Virus record (IMG/VR): IMGVR_UViG_3300027985_001833
Location: 1 to 64,000 of that record
Reading direction: 5' to 3' (one strand)
Length of the DNA stretch: 64,000 nt
DNA from: a virus
Made by a program: the position numbers and the translations under genes. Numbering within the stretch: the first letter of the stretch is position 1; each line of letters begins with the position of its first letter. The notes under the pieces are model-generated. The model did no database searches. It saw nothing but the letters and a program-made list of their open reading frames with translations, and was not told where the DNA came from. Positions 8,789-17,039 of this stretch are shown here, in pieces.

Positions 8789-9926
8789 TATACACATCGC
8801 AAAGGATGATCAAGCCTTCATTCAAATCTTCAATTGAGATATTCAAAGGCGGCGTAATTTTAATCGGTCCTGGACCCTTCCTAAAAGCTCCTATTATCAA
8901 ACCGCGCTTCAAACATCTATCGGCCAATTCCAAACAATCCACTTGGCTATCGTAGGCAAGCAACATTCCTGCCCCTCTGGCATCAACATCCAAATTGATT
9001 TTCAAAGTATTTCTGATTATATCGCCCTTTTCTTGGATATCTTCCAAATTGCCTTCATCCTCCAACCAATCCAACATAGTATCAACATATGAACAAGATG
9101 CAGGATTGCCCCCAAAAGTTGAAAAATGTGAACCTGGCGTAAAAGCCTGGGCAATGTCATTTCGTGCTAACATTGCTCCAACCGGAAATCCCATTCCAAT
9201 CCCTTTAGCCAAGGTGACAATATCAGGCTGAATTTTAGCCAATTGCCCATATGTTATGCCACCACACCGACCCATACCGGTTTGAACCTCATCAAAAATC
9301 AACAATATGCCGTTCAGTTCAGCATATCGTTTCAAATTTTCCAACCAACTCCAATCTGGAACGCGCACATCATTATTGCCGAATATTGGTGAAAGTATAA
9401 TTGCGGCAGCAGTGGGCGGAATCTCATAAATATCCGTGAAATGATGGAAATCGCCAGGCAAATTTCCAAATCCATCATAATGATAACTCGGTCCATCACC
9501 GGCTGCCAACGCACCATATGTACGCCCATGGAATCCGTCTTTTTGAGACCATATTTGGAAAGTGCGAGCTTCATCCTCAGCAAATCTATCATATTGATAT
9601 TTCCTTGCCAACTTGATAGCAGCCTCCACGGATTCCGTGCCGCTATTGCACCAAAATACCCTATCCATCCCGGTCGCTTTGCACAAACGCTTTGAAACCT
9701 GATTTCTCAAAGAATATTGAAACAAATTCGGAGAGTGCAAAACGATTCCTTGGGCCAACGCTTGAGCAGCCAGCACATGCTGCTCGCAACCATACCCAAG
9801 GCTGGCCGTCCCCACGTCTGTGAAAAAATCCAAATATTCATTCCCACCATAGGTAACGAGCCGTGAACCATTGCCGCCCACAAACACCAAATCCTTGAAT
9901 TTCAACGTATTCATGATGCTATGCAT
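8763..9926 (-). CDS. Class III PLP-dependent aminotransferase (ArgD/OAT-like fold, altered specificity residues)
   Basis: NSGTESVEAAIKLAR, FHGRTYGA, IFDEVQTGMGR, PDIVTLAKG (catalytic Lys), STFGGNP, TPPL. Confidence 0.92.
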   Translation of the reverse strand: MHSIMNTLKFKDLVFVGGNGSRLVTYGGNEYLDFFTDVGTASLGYGCEQHVLAAQALAQGIVLHSPNLFQYSLRNQVSKRLCKATGMDRVFWCNSGTESVEAAIKLARKYQYDRFAEDEARTFQIWSQKDGFHGRTYGALAAGDGPSYHYDGFGNLPGDFHHFTDIYEIPPTAAAIILSPIFGNNDVRVPDWSWLENLKRYAELNGILLIFDEVQTGMGRCGGITYGQLAKIQPDIVTLAKGIGMGFPVGAMLARNDIAQAFTPGSHFSTFGGNPASCSYVDTMLDWLEDEGNLEDIQEKGDIIRNTLKINLDVDARGAGMLLAYDSQVDCLELADRCLKRGLIIGAFRKGPGPIKITPPLNISIEDLNEGLIILCDVYNEMLELWR

Positions 9927-10860
9927 CTATTTTCTCCTTGTGAATGTTGTGAACAATTTCCTGCCAACTATTCACCGTTTTCACCAACGGCGCATCAACT
10001 TCCTTCTCTCCTTTTAAATCCAAAAGAAACACTGTAATGCCTAACGCTGAAACCTCCAGCGCGTGTTTCTCTCTGTCCTCAACAAACCATTGCGGAAACG
10101 CAGGTTTAAGATGATCACAGATAATTTCCGCTTTATCCCTACCAAATAACAACAAATCATACGGAACGCCGTATCTATCCAACCACCGTATTGTATCAGA
10201 GTACAATCTTTTGTGTTTTTTGTATGGGCGAGCTGTTATTATGGCTACTTTATAACCGATTTCTTTGAATAATTTAATACATTCAATTGAGTTGTCAATT
10301 GGAGACAAGTCAAGAAATTTCCCTTTTTCTCTCCATTCAAATTTTAACGCTTCTTGTTTGGCCAGAATCTGACTTGGCGATTCACAAGAGTTGGCTATTT
10401 CAGCCAACTCATCATCCAACGGTCCCAAATCAACAACACAACCATCTAAATCCAAACCAATCAACCGAGAATCGCTTGTCAATTTGGCTTGCGCTACTTT
10501 TACTCGATGTCGAATCACTTCTGTTTTGCGAATGAACCTATTATAAAATTCTTCGTGCGTAATTCCATATAAATGCATCAATGATATTAAGTATTTGATT
10601 ACATCAACCGCTTCCTCAAGTATGGCGCTTTCACTTATCCTCAAATCCCCCAAAATGTGCTCTTTGTAATTAGTGGACGCCGATGCCAACTCCGTCACTT
10701 CTTCGTTCAACCCAATGATAAAATCCTTGGCTAATGCTAATTTATCCACTTCCGGCATATCGCCAGAGCCAAACCCAAATTCCTGTTGCTGGAAAGCTTG
10801 TGCGCTCCAAATTTTTTCCAATTTACAACATTTAATGTTTGAATTTTGATCAAACGGCAT
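9919..10860 (-). CDS. All-alpha NTP pyrophosphatase (dUTPase/MazG-like) fused to HAD 5'(3')-nucleotidase
   Basis: N-term EEVTE...EEAVD acidic motifs; C-term GLDLDG, ITAR, K, FVED HAD motifs; start moved to ATG 10860 (GAGGGA SD). Confidence 0.8.
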   Translation of the reverse strand: MPFDQNSNIKCCKLEKIWSAQAFQQQEFGFGSGDMPEVDKLALAKDFIIGLNEEVTELASASTNYKEHILGDLRISESAILEEAVDVIKYLISLMHLYGITHEEFYNRFIRKTEVIRHRVKVAQAKLTSDSRLIGLDLDGCVVDLGPLDDELAEIANSCESPSQILAKQEALKFEWREKGKFLDLSPIDNSIECIKLFKEIGYKVAIITARPYKKHKRLYSDTIRWLDRYGVPYDLLLFGRDKAEIICDHLKPAFPQWFVEDREKHALEVSALGITVFLLDLKGEKEVDAPLVKTVNSWQEIVHNIHKEKIDA

Positions 10861-10904
10861 AGATTCCCTCGCGATTAAAACCTTGACGCACGAGACGCGC
10901 CATA

Positions 10905-11891
10905 TTACAACCATTTCTCGGCTAATTCAATTGCGTTTTCCAAAATTTTATCAACGGTTCCACGCGAATTCCATTCAGCAAAACGACCCAATGGCGCCAT
11001 ATTTTCCGGCCACTGTATTTTTTCGCCCATTGGGTGCAAGTGCCCTTTCAAACCTCTTGTTATTTTTTTTATAACATAACCAGCACCGAATATAAAATTT
11101 AAATCAGAAACGACATCTACCATTCGTGGTGCCAATTCACCATTCACTTCACAAACGTAACACACACCATCAACAGAAAAACGATGAATAGCATCACCAG
11201 GCGTATATGGCGTATAGACATAGTCCCAACCAGCATATCTATCATTTTTTGGCACAACGTCAATCAAATTCAAATTCATCGCCATAGCATCAGGAATATA
11301 AAAATCAACCAATCTCTTGATAATCCACAACGGCACGGTGAAAATCAAATAGTCAAAAGCATACCGCCTTCCCTTATCAGTCATCAGAGAATTTTCGCCC
11401 AACACTTTGATCACTTTTTCCCTCACTATCTCGCCACCATCCCTTTTCAACCTTGCGGCCAACCTATTCACCATATCCACAAAATCCAACCTGATAGCGC
11501 CCTTGGAAATACTATTGGCTGGGTCATTCATGGCGGTCTTGTAATGGCTGCCTGGCTCCATCATCCTGGTTTTACGAAAATGGTCCATTTGAATTTGTGC
11601 GACCTTGTACTTGTCCATCCGTTGAAACAATTCCGGATAGCGTTCAACCACCCCTCTGTTAAGAATTCCGCCTTTCACGGAGTAGTTGGAAAAAACCAAC
11701 CCCAAATCGATGAACAAGCCCGTCATGTTATCAGTTCGGTGTATGTACTTCAAACCGCCAGCAAGAAATTCCCCGCCCAACTTACCACACTCAAACATCT
11801 TAACATGCGCCCCAAAACTGGAAAAAATGCATGAACTCACCAATCCAGCCACACCGCCACCGACAACCAAAACGTCTTTCGGTTTACTCAT
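10905..11891 (-). CDS. FAD-dependent oxidoreductase (UDP-galactopyranose mutase/amine oxidase-like fold)
   Basis: VLVVGGGVAGL...FE...LGG dinucleotide-binding motif; C-terminal PLGRFAEW; start moved to ATG 11891 (GAGG SD). Confidence 0.8.
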   Translation of the reverse strand: MSKPKDVLVVGGGVAGLVSSCIFSSFGAHVKMFECGKLGGEFLAGGLKYIHRTDNMTGLFIDLGLVFSNYSVKGGILNRGVVERYPELFQRMDKYKVAQIQMDHFRKTRMMEPGSHYKTAMNDPANSISKGAIRLDFVDMVNRLAARLKRDGGEIVREKVIKVLGENSLMTDKGRRYAFDYLIFTVPLWIIKRLVDFYIPDAMAMNLNLIDVVPKNDRYAGWDYVYTPYTPGDAIHRFSVDGVCYVCEVNGELAPRMVDVVSDLNFIFGAGYVIKKITRGLKGHLHPMGEKIQWPENMAPLGRFAEWNSRGTVDKILENAIELAEKWL

Positions 11892-11905
11892 AAACGCCTC
11901 GCAAC

Positions 11906-11984
11906 ATAATAGGAAAACGCGCTGTCGAATGTGGAAACCGGCCAAAGTTTTGCCAGCAGATCGAGCAGCGCGTTTTCCTATTAT
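11906..11984. repeat. Perfect 19-bp inverted repeat (ataataggaaaacgcgctg / cagcgcgttttcctattat) around a 41-nt partly paired core
   Basis: Arms at 11906-11924 and 11966-11984. Confidence 0.92.
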
Positions 11985-12008
11985 ACCGTACAGCAATGTT
12001 CATAGCAA
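11980..12008 (-). promoter_or_regulatory. Sigma70-type promoter for the nucleotide-metabolism/dnaE operon
   Basis: TTGCTA-17 nt-TATAAT. Confidence 0.7.
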
Positions 12009-12024
12009 TACTCTGTTCTGCAAT

Positions 12025-12795
12025 TTATTCAGGCAAACCCAACACGCCAGCCGATACCAATTGACCAATACTTTCTGCCATTATGGATAATTTTCTTTTA
12101 TCCAACCCTTTAATTAATATATTGAAATTTTTATTTTTTCTCGATACCGGCTTCAATATTTCCAAATTGGCCTTAGATAGATTAAGCGTCATATCATCTA
12201 ATGCACAGGTCAATTCCGCATCAAATGTATCGGACGCAGGCCGCAGCTTCAGAAGAATCAATAAAGCATCCCTGCCGTAATTTGCACGAACATACACAGC
12301 CACATAACCGCTGGTTTTTGATCTATCCGCGACAAACAACTTTCCCGGAGTCGGGACTGTGCCTGCAATAGCAAATTCATATCCGGGCATGCTCTTCAAC
12401 AATCGTTGGACAAAAAAATCAAACTTTTTCAACAACTTTTCTCTTTTAATTTTAGCATTAGTCCTTTTGGCCTTCTTGGATGCCAAAATGGCAACACGAG
12501 ATGGCCCGTTGCGCCTAGCATCTTGTCTGCTTCGTTTTTTCCGCGCATTGGACAATTTATCGCAAAAACGCAAAAACGCCCCGTCATCACCGTTTGATTC
12601 AAATCCATCATCGGTCTCGGTCAAAAAAACACCCAAACTAAGTTTTTGATCTTTCAAATGATTTCTGAACGCTCTACAAATTCTTTTTAAATCACAAGGC
12701 TGCCGCTCATCCGAATCCGTTGAAGCGACATTGCCATCACAAGCACAATTGAATTTTTTATATCTCGAAAAACATTGCGGTAATTTATCGCCCAT
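12025..12795 (-). CDS. Hypothetical basic protein with N-terminal Cys cluster
   Basis: CF...CACDG...PC...C; overlaps the sigma-like gene. Confidence 0.6.
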   Translation of the reverse strand: MGDKLPQCFSRYKKFNCACDGNVASTDSDERQPCDLKRICRAFRNHLKDQKLSLGVFLTETDDGFESNGDDGAFLRFCDKLSNARKKRSRQDARRNGPSRVAILASKKAKRTNAKIKREKLLKKFDFFVQRLLKSMPGYEFAIAGTVPTPGKLFVADRSKTSGYVAVYVRANYGRDALLILLKLRPASDTFDAELTCALDDMTLNLSKANLEILKPVSRKNKNFNILIKGLDKRKLSIMAESIGQLVSAGVLGLPE

Positions 12796-13888
12796 TCTTC
12801 GCCTTCCTCAATTCAGCAACCAAACATCCATACCAATCGACCGGGATTTTCTCTATGGTTCCTATATCTCCAAACAACAAACCTTGTATGACATCGAAGT
12901 GACCGACCAAAACCAAGGTACAACACTCTTTGCCTCGCTTTATAAGCATAACAACGCCCCAGTTATAAAAATCAATATCTCTAGTATAAATACCGTTTTC
13001 TTCACAAATCCTGTTTATCACAACGTCATCCAGAGACATTTTGGATATAATTTTTGAAATCAGTTTTTCATCTCTCTTATCCATTCTGCTGATGTGAATT
13101 ATCGGCCATCTTTTACTATTTACCATGTCACCGTACAGACTTATGAATTCATCTTTCTTGGCCAGCTTGGTAAAACGCCTCTTAATAGCGTGTATGGCCC
13201 ACGAAACTTGATTCATAGTCAAATCCAATTCTTGGGCAACATCATAAATTGTCTTTTTGCTTCCAAACAATATTTTGGTTAATCTATTTTGGGCCGACGA
13301 ATCGTCTATATCAAACAAACTAAAATAGACATCCCTTTCCCTGTCAGTCATCTCTTCCATTAATTTTTTTTCAAATTTCACCAACAAGTTGTAATTCTGC
13401 AGCTTGATTAATTGTTCACACGGATTTCCATCGATGCCAAAATTATGAATGATCTTGTGAAGCACATCTTCATCTATATTATTCAACTTCATAGCATTCA
13501 CACGAACACCATATTGATCGCAACTGTTATTCGCACATGCCCAAGCGCCCTTATTTTTCAACATAATTTTACCACATGCCCAACAAACGTATCTTCTTGG
13601 CGCGTTATTGACATAAGCTCCACAAGCTTGATATTGGTTTACCATCTTGGATAGCATCGGTATAAACATAGTGTCCAACACCTTACCCGCAAACGCTGCC
13701 AACGTTCCTCTTCTCGTATCATCATAATGACCCAAGGCATCCAGCAAAAACATCTTGGCCTCTTGCTTATAATCATCTATGGTGAAACTAGGATCCACAT
13801 TGGCTAGATAATCATATTTACGTGCCTTCATGTTTATCAACGAATCCAAACTTTTCAAAACTTCTACTGCTGATTTTTGGTGTACCAT
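12785..13888 (-). CDS. Sigma70-family-like factor with Zn-ribbon insertion and C-terminal extension
   Basis: Region 2-like DDYKQEAKMFLLDALGHYDDTRRGTLAAFA; region 4-like MTDRERDVY...KTIYDVAQELDLTMNQVSWAIHAIKRR. Confidence 0.7.
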   Translation of the reverse strand: MVHQKSAVEVLKSLDSLINMKARKYDYLANVDPSFTIDDYKQEAKMFLLDALGHYDDTRRGTLAAFAGKVLDTMFIPMLSKMVNQYQACGAYVNNAPRRYVCWACGKIMLKNKGAWACANNSCDQYGVRVNAMKLNNIDEDVLHKIIHNFGIDGNPCEQLIKLQNYNLLVKFEKKLMEEMTDRERDVYFSLFDIDDSSAQNRLTKILFGSKKTIYDVAQELDLTMNQVSWAIHAIKRRFTKLAKKDEFISLYGDMVNSKRWPIIHISRMDKRDEKLISKIISKMSLDDVVINRICEENGIYTRDIDFYNWGVVMLIKRGKECCTLVLVGHFDVIQGLLFGDIGTIEKIPVDWYGCLVAELRKAKNGR

Positions 13889-13937
13889 GGCCGGTCTCCT
13901 TTTTTTTCATCGCCTAACCTCAAGGCAATTAACTAAC

Positions 13938-13966
13938 ATTATAGCCCTTTTCCAACCAAAAATCTA
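13938..13966 (-). promoter_or_regulatory. Sigma70-like promoter upstream of the sigma-like gene
   Basis: TAGATT-17-TATAAT with A-tract upstream. Confidence 0.55.
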
Positions 13967-14012
13967 GTGTTTTACTGATATTTTTTTATTTTTTTACGAA
14001 AACGCAAAAATA

Positions 14013-15023
14013 TCAAGACTTTAAAAGCTTATCTTTAGACGCAACCAATTTAGTATTCAACAATAAAGCCCTATGTTTCGCAAAGGATTCTGATTTACCG
14101 ATGGCGTTGGCAGCCTGCTCTTTCGTGGAGTCGCCAGGGTCAACACCAAATGGCAATTTTGCTATATAAATACCACCATATCTACAACCCAATTGCTTAG
14201 CGACATTGAATGGTGCATCAATCTCTTCTGGATCCAACATAATCACAAATGATGTACTAGGCGGGAAATGAGACGTGATCATCCTCAATTGTGATTTATG
14301 CAAATTTTTCCCCAACAACGATAAAGCATTGAATCCATGTTGCCACATTTTTATGGCGTCAAACGGCCCCTCAACCAGAATCACATCCGCCTTGGGATCA
14401 ACATAATCCCAACCCAATATCAACCGAGAATGAGAGACACCTGGCGGATTCTTGTATTTTGGTTGCGCTCTGCCAGTTAAATCTCTAGCCGTGAACGAAT
14501 AACCATTTGGACAACTAATAGGTATTATCAACCTATGTGCAAAATCACCTGTTTCACAATATCCTAAATTCCACACTTTTGCCGTCTCACGTTCAATTTT
14601 TCTGTCTGCGAGATATTTTGGGAATCTCCAATTTTTACCATCCCAAATTTTTTTCATTTTCTTTGGCAAATCGCACTCAACTCGGCATTTATTTTCAAAC
14701 TCTTGTTCTTTTCCGCCAATTTTTTTTATTACATCCAAAAGTGTTAAGGGCGTTTTACGCCTACGAAATTTCACAATTTTAGTCAGAAGAAATGAACGCG
14801 CCTCTTGCCAAGTAATTTGCTCAATTTCTGCTATCAATCCTATTGCACGCCTGCCTCGAAAATTACATTTGAAACAAATATAATTTCCTGTTTTCATGTC
14901 GACATAAAAAGCGCCCCAACGATCACAAACAGGACAAACCGCTGTGATTTGCTTAGAGCCAGTCACTGATGCTCCATTCAAATTATTTTTACAATACGAT
15001 ACGATATCAAAATCACCCAGCAC
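14013..15023 (-). CDS. dnaG: DNA primase (Zn finger plus TOPRIM)
   Basis: CPVC...CFKC, YLADRKI, RLIIPI, FTAR, KYKNP, LVEGPFD, MLD.E, DPGD. Confidence 0.9.
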   Translation of the reverse strand: MLGDFDIVSYCKNNLNGASVTGSKQITAVCPVCDRWGAFYVDMKTGNYICFKCNFRGRRAIGLIAEIEQITWQEARSFLLTKIVKFRRRKTPLTLLDVIKKIGGKEQEFENKCRVECDLPKKMKKIWDGKNWRFPKYLADRKIERETAKVWNLGYCETGDFAHRLIIPISCPNGYSFTARDLTGRAQPKYKNPPGVSHSRLILGWDYVDPKADVILVEGPFDAIKMWQHGFNALSLLGKNLHKSQLRMITSHFPPSTSFVIMLDPEEIDAPFNVAKQLGCRYGGIYIAKLPFGVDPGDSTKEQAANAIGKSESFAKHRALLLNTKLVASKDKLLKS

Positions 15024-15195
15024 TATTCCACCCGATTGATTGGCTACACCAATGTTTCACATCAGCATAACAATCATAACATAATTTAACGCCGCATCTA
15101 TCGCATACATACAACGCAATATTTGATTCCAAATTACCACAACAATTACATTCAAATACATCGTCATTATTTTTAATCATATTGCAATCACACAT
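15013..15195 (-). CDS. Small Cys-rich Zn-binding protein
   Basis: CNCC...CDRC...CYDC...HWC. Confidence 0.5.
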   Translation of the reverse strand: MCDCNMIKNNDDVFECNCCGNLESNIALYVCDRCGVKLCYDCYADVKHWCSQSIGWNSAG

Positions 15196-15201
15196 ACTTT
15201 G

Positions 15202-15549
15202 TCATTCCTCCAACTTAGCGCCTTTTTTCAAATTACAAACCGAACAAGTTAATTGTAAATTATCCATATCATATAGATTCCCGCCTTTTGATATGGGGCA
15301 TATATGATCAACATGATAGCCATTACGGGCTCTCTCGTTTAATTCACATCCACAAATCTTACAAACTCCTCCATCACGCTTGAAAACACGCTTACGTATC
15401 TTGCCCCAATCTGTTTTATCCAAAAAAATTTTAACACATACATCCGAACAAAATGTGCGCCTTCTTTTAGGCAGGTCACCTTTGCAAAATCTACATTTGC
15501 CTTTAATATATGGATAAACAATTTTACTATCAAACCTATTACACGCCAT
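15202..15549 (-). CDS. Free-standing HNH endonuclease
   Basis: RDGGVCKICG...HVDHICPISKGG...NLQLTCSVCNLKK. Confidence 0.9.
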   Translation of the reverse strand: MACNRFDSKIVYPYIKGKCRFCKGDLPKRRRTFCSDVCVKIFLDKTDWGKIRKRVFKRDGGVCKICGCELNERARNGYHVDHICPISKGGNLYDMDNLQLTCSVCNLKKGAKLEE

Positions 15550-15668
15550 CCAACTCCTCCTCTCGGCCCAAACCGATTAAAGAAATAAATTCACATGATT
15601 ACCATTATTTAGTTCATATTTTTATCATCAATTAAGCACTTTATTCTATCTGTGAATTCCGCAACTCA

Positions 15669-17039
15669 TTATTGCAGTTCACGTATAAGCATTTTTGAAA
15701 AATCTGCATCCATGGGAACAACGACACGGGCTTCTCCGTCGCGGTATTTCGCCAAAAAAAGCTCACGATACTTGCTAGTTGACGAAATGACGCCCAACAT
15801 TTTGTCATTTTCATCTTCTTCATCATCGTCCAATTCCACCTTGGTGCTTCTTGTATTTTTTTTAGGATCATTGATTGAAATAACCGTGTCGGCCAAACGT
15901 GATTTATCGTACGACTCAGATGCAGATTCCGCCGTAGCAACAAGCTCTGCCCATTCTCTGCCTGCATGCGTGCTACTCCACACTACGTATCCATCTGATT
16001 CAGCAAGCGCCTTTAAATCACGATATACAGCTGCTTGAGACAAACGATACGATTCATACTTCCCCACGGCGCTCATGTGATCGCCTGAATCCATCATTAT
16101 GGCCGTTGGTCGAAACTTGTGATTGTGCCAAAGATCATCCAAAATTCCTTTCAAGATATTAATATTACAAGCCCCAACCGGCATGGAAACAATTTTAAAC
16201 AAATTTTTCCACATCTTCTGTGCCTTTTTCCGTCTATTCTCAATTTCTCTTAATTCACTTGGCGAAAAATCAAATGATTTGAATTTTCGATATTCCATCT
16301 CAAGCCAACGAGAATCTTGTCTCATAGCAATCTGTCGAGCAGGCATTTCAAGCGCCACATACAACGTTGGAAATCTGTTTCTAACCGAGTTGAACGCAAA
16401 GTTACTAAGTAGAGCAGATTTGCCCATCCCGGTAGTCCCGATGATCAAACCCAACTCGCCCACCTCAGCACCGCCAGACATGATGGAATCAAATCGCTTC
16501 ACCCCGGTCGGAATCTTGATGAACTCATCGGGATTCCGTCTCTTATGCTCCCTTTCCCGTTGCCGTTCCTCAAAATCCTCAATCCAATGAATAAGTGAAT
16601 AATCACTAGCCCGGCTATCAGCTTTCACCAACCGGTTCAATGCAGCATATGTTTTCTCAACATCCCCAGACTCCAACGCTTCAGCCGCTGCCTCCATCGC
16701 CAGTTGCGCGTTGACCGCCCTGACAAATTTTTCAAGTTCGTCCAAAGTGGCTCGTGCCGCTGTTGGTTTCTTCCTGAACAACCTTTGGGCCAACTCCAAG
16801 GGTGCAATTTGATCCTCTGTATCGATGTATTCGCTCTTGATTTTCGCTGCCATCAAAACAGGAGTCACTTGTTCTCTGTATTTATCCCATACCCCTTTAA
16901 TTGTTTTCCACACAAAAGAATGTTGCGGCGTACTAAAATGATGCGCATCGAGAATCCTGGACGCTTGTTGTAAATAAGACGCGTCCTGCAGCGTTTTCGC
17001 AAGCACTTCATCTTCAAAACGTTGATCAAATGCCATCAA
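15669..17039 (-). CDS. dnaB: Replicative DnaB-like helicase
   Basis: IPTG...D...GG...GELGLIIGTTGMGKS, ALEMP, MMDSGD, LAKYRDG. Confidence 0.9.
   Translation of the reverse strand: MMAFDQRFEDEVLAKTLQDASYLQQASRILDAHHFSTPQHSFVWKTIKGVWDKYREQVTPVLMAAKIKSEYIDTEDQIAPLELAQRLFRKKPTAARATLDELEKFVRAVNAQLAMEAAAEALESGDVEKTYAALNRLVKADSRASDYSLIHWIEDFEERQREREHKRRNPDEFIKIPTGVKRFDSIMSGGAEVGELGLIIGTTGMGKSALLSNFAFNSVRNRFPTLYVALEMPARQIAMRQDSRWLEMEYRKFKSFDFSPSELREIENRRKKAQKMWKNLFKIVSMPVGACNINILKGILDDLWHNHKFRPTAIMMDSGDHMSAVGKYESYRLSQAAVYRDLKALAESDGYVVWSSTHAGREWAELVATAESASESYDKSRLADTVISINDPKKNTRSTKVELDDDEEDENDKMLGVISSTSKYRELFLAKYRDGEARVVVPMDADFSKMLIRELQ

Noticed and set aside
6883-11891. Known Z-base, 7-deazaguanine or ThyA-type hmC/hmU pathways
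   Set aside because: No PurZ, Que/Dpd or ThyA-fold motifs recognised in this window; genes outside the window cannot be excluded
11892-11996. N-terminal extension of the FAD oxidoreductase in the ORF track
   Set aside because: It runs through the promoter and inverted repeat; the SD-supported ATG at 11891 directly precedes the FAD-binding motif
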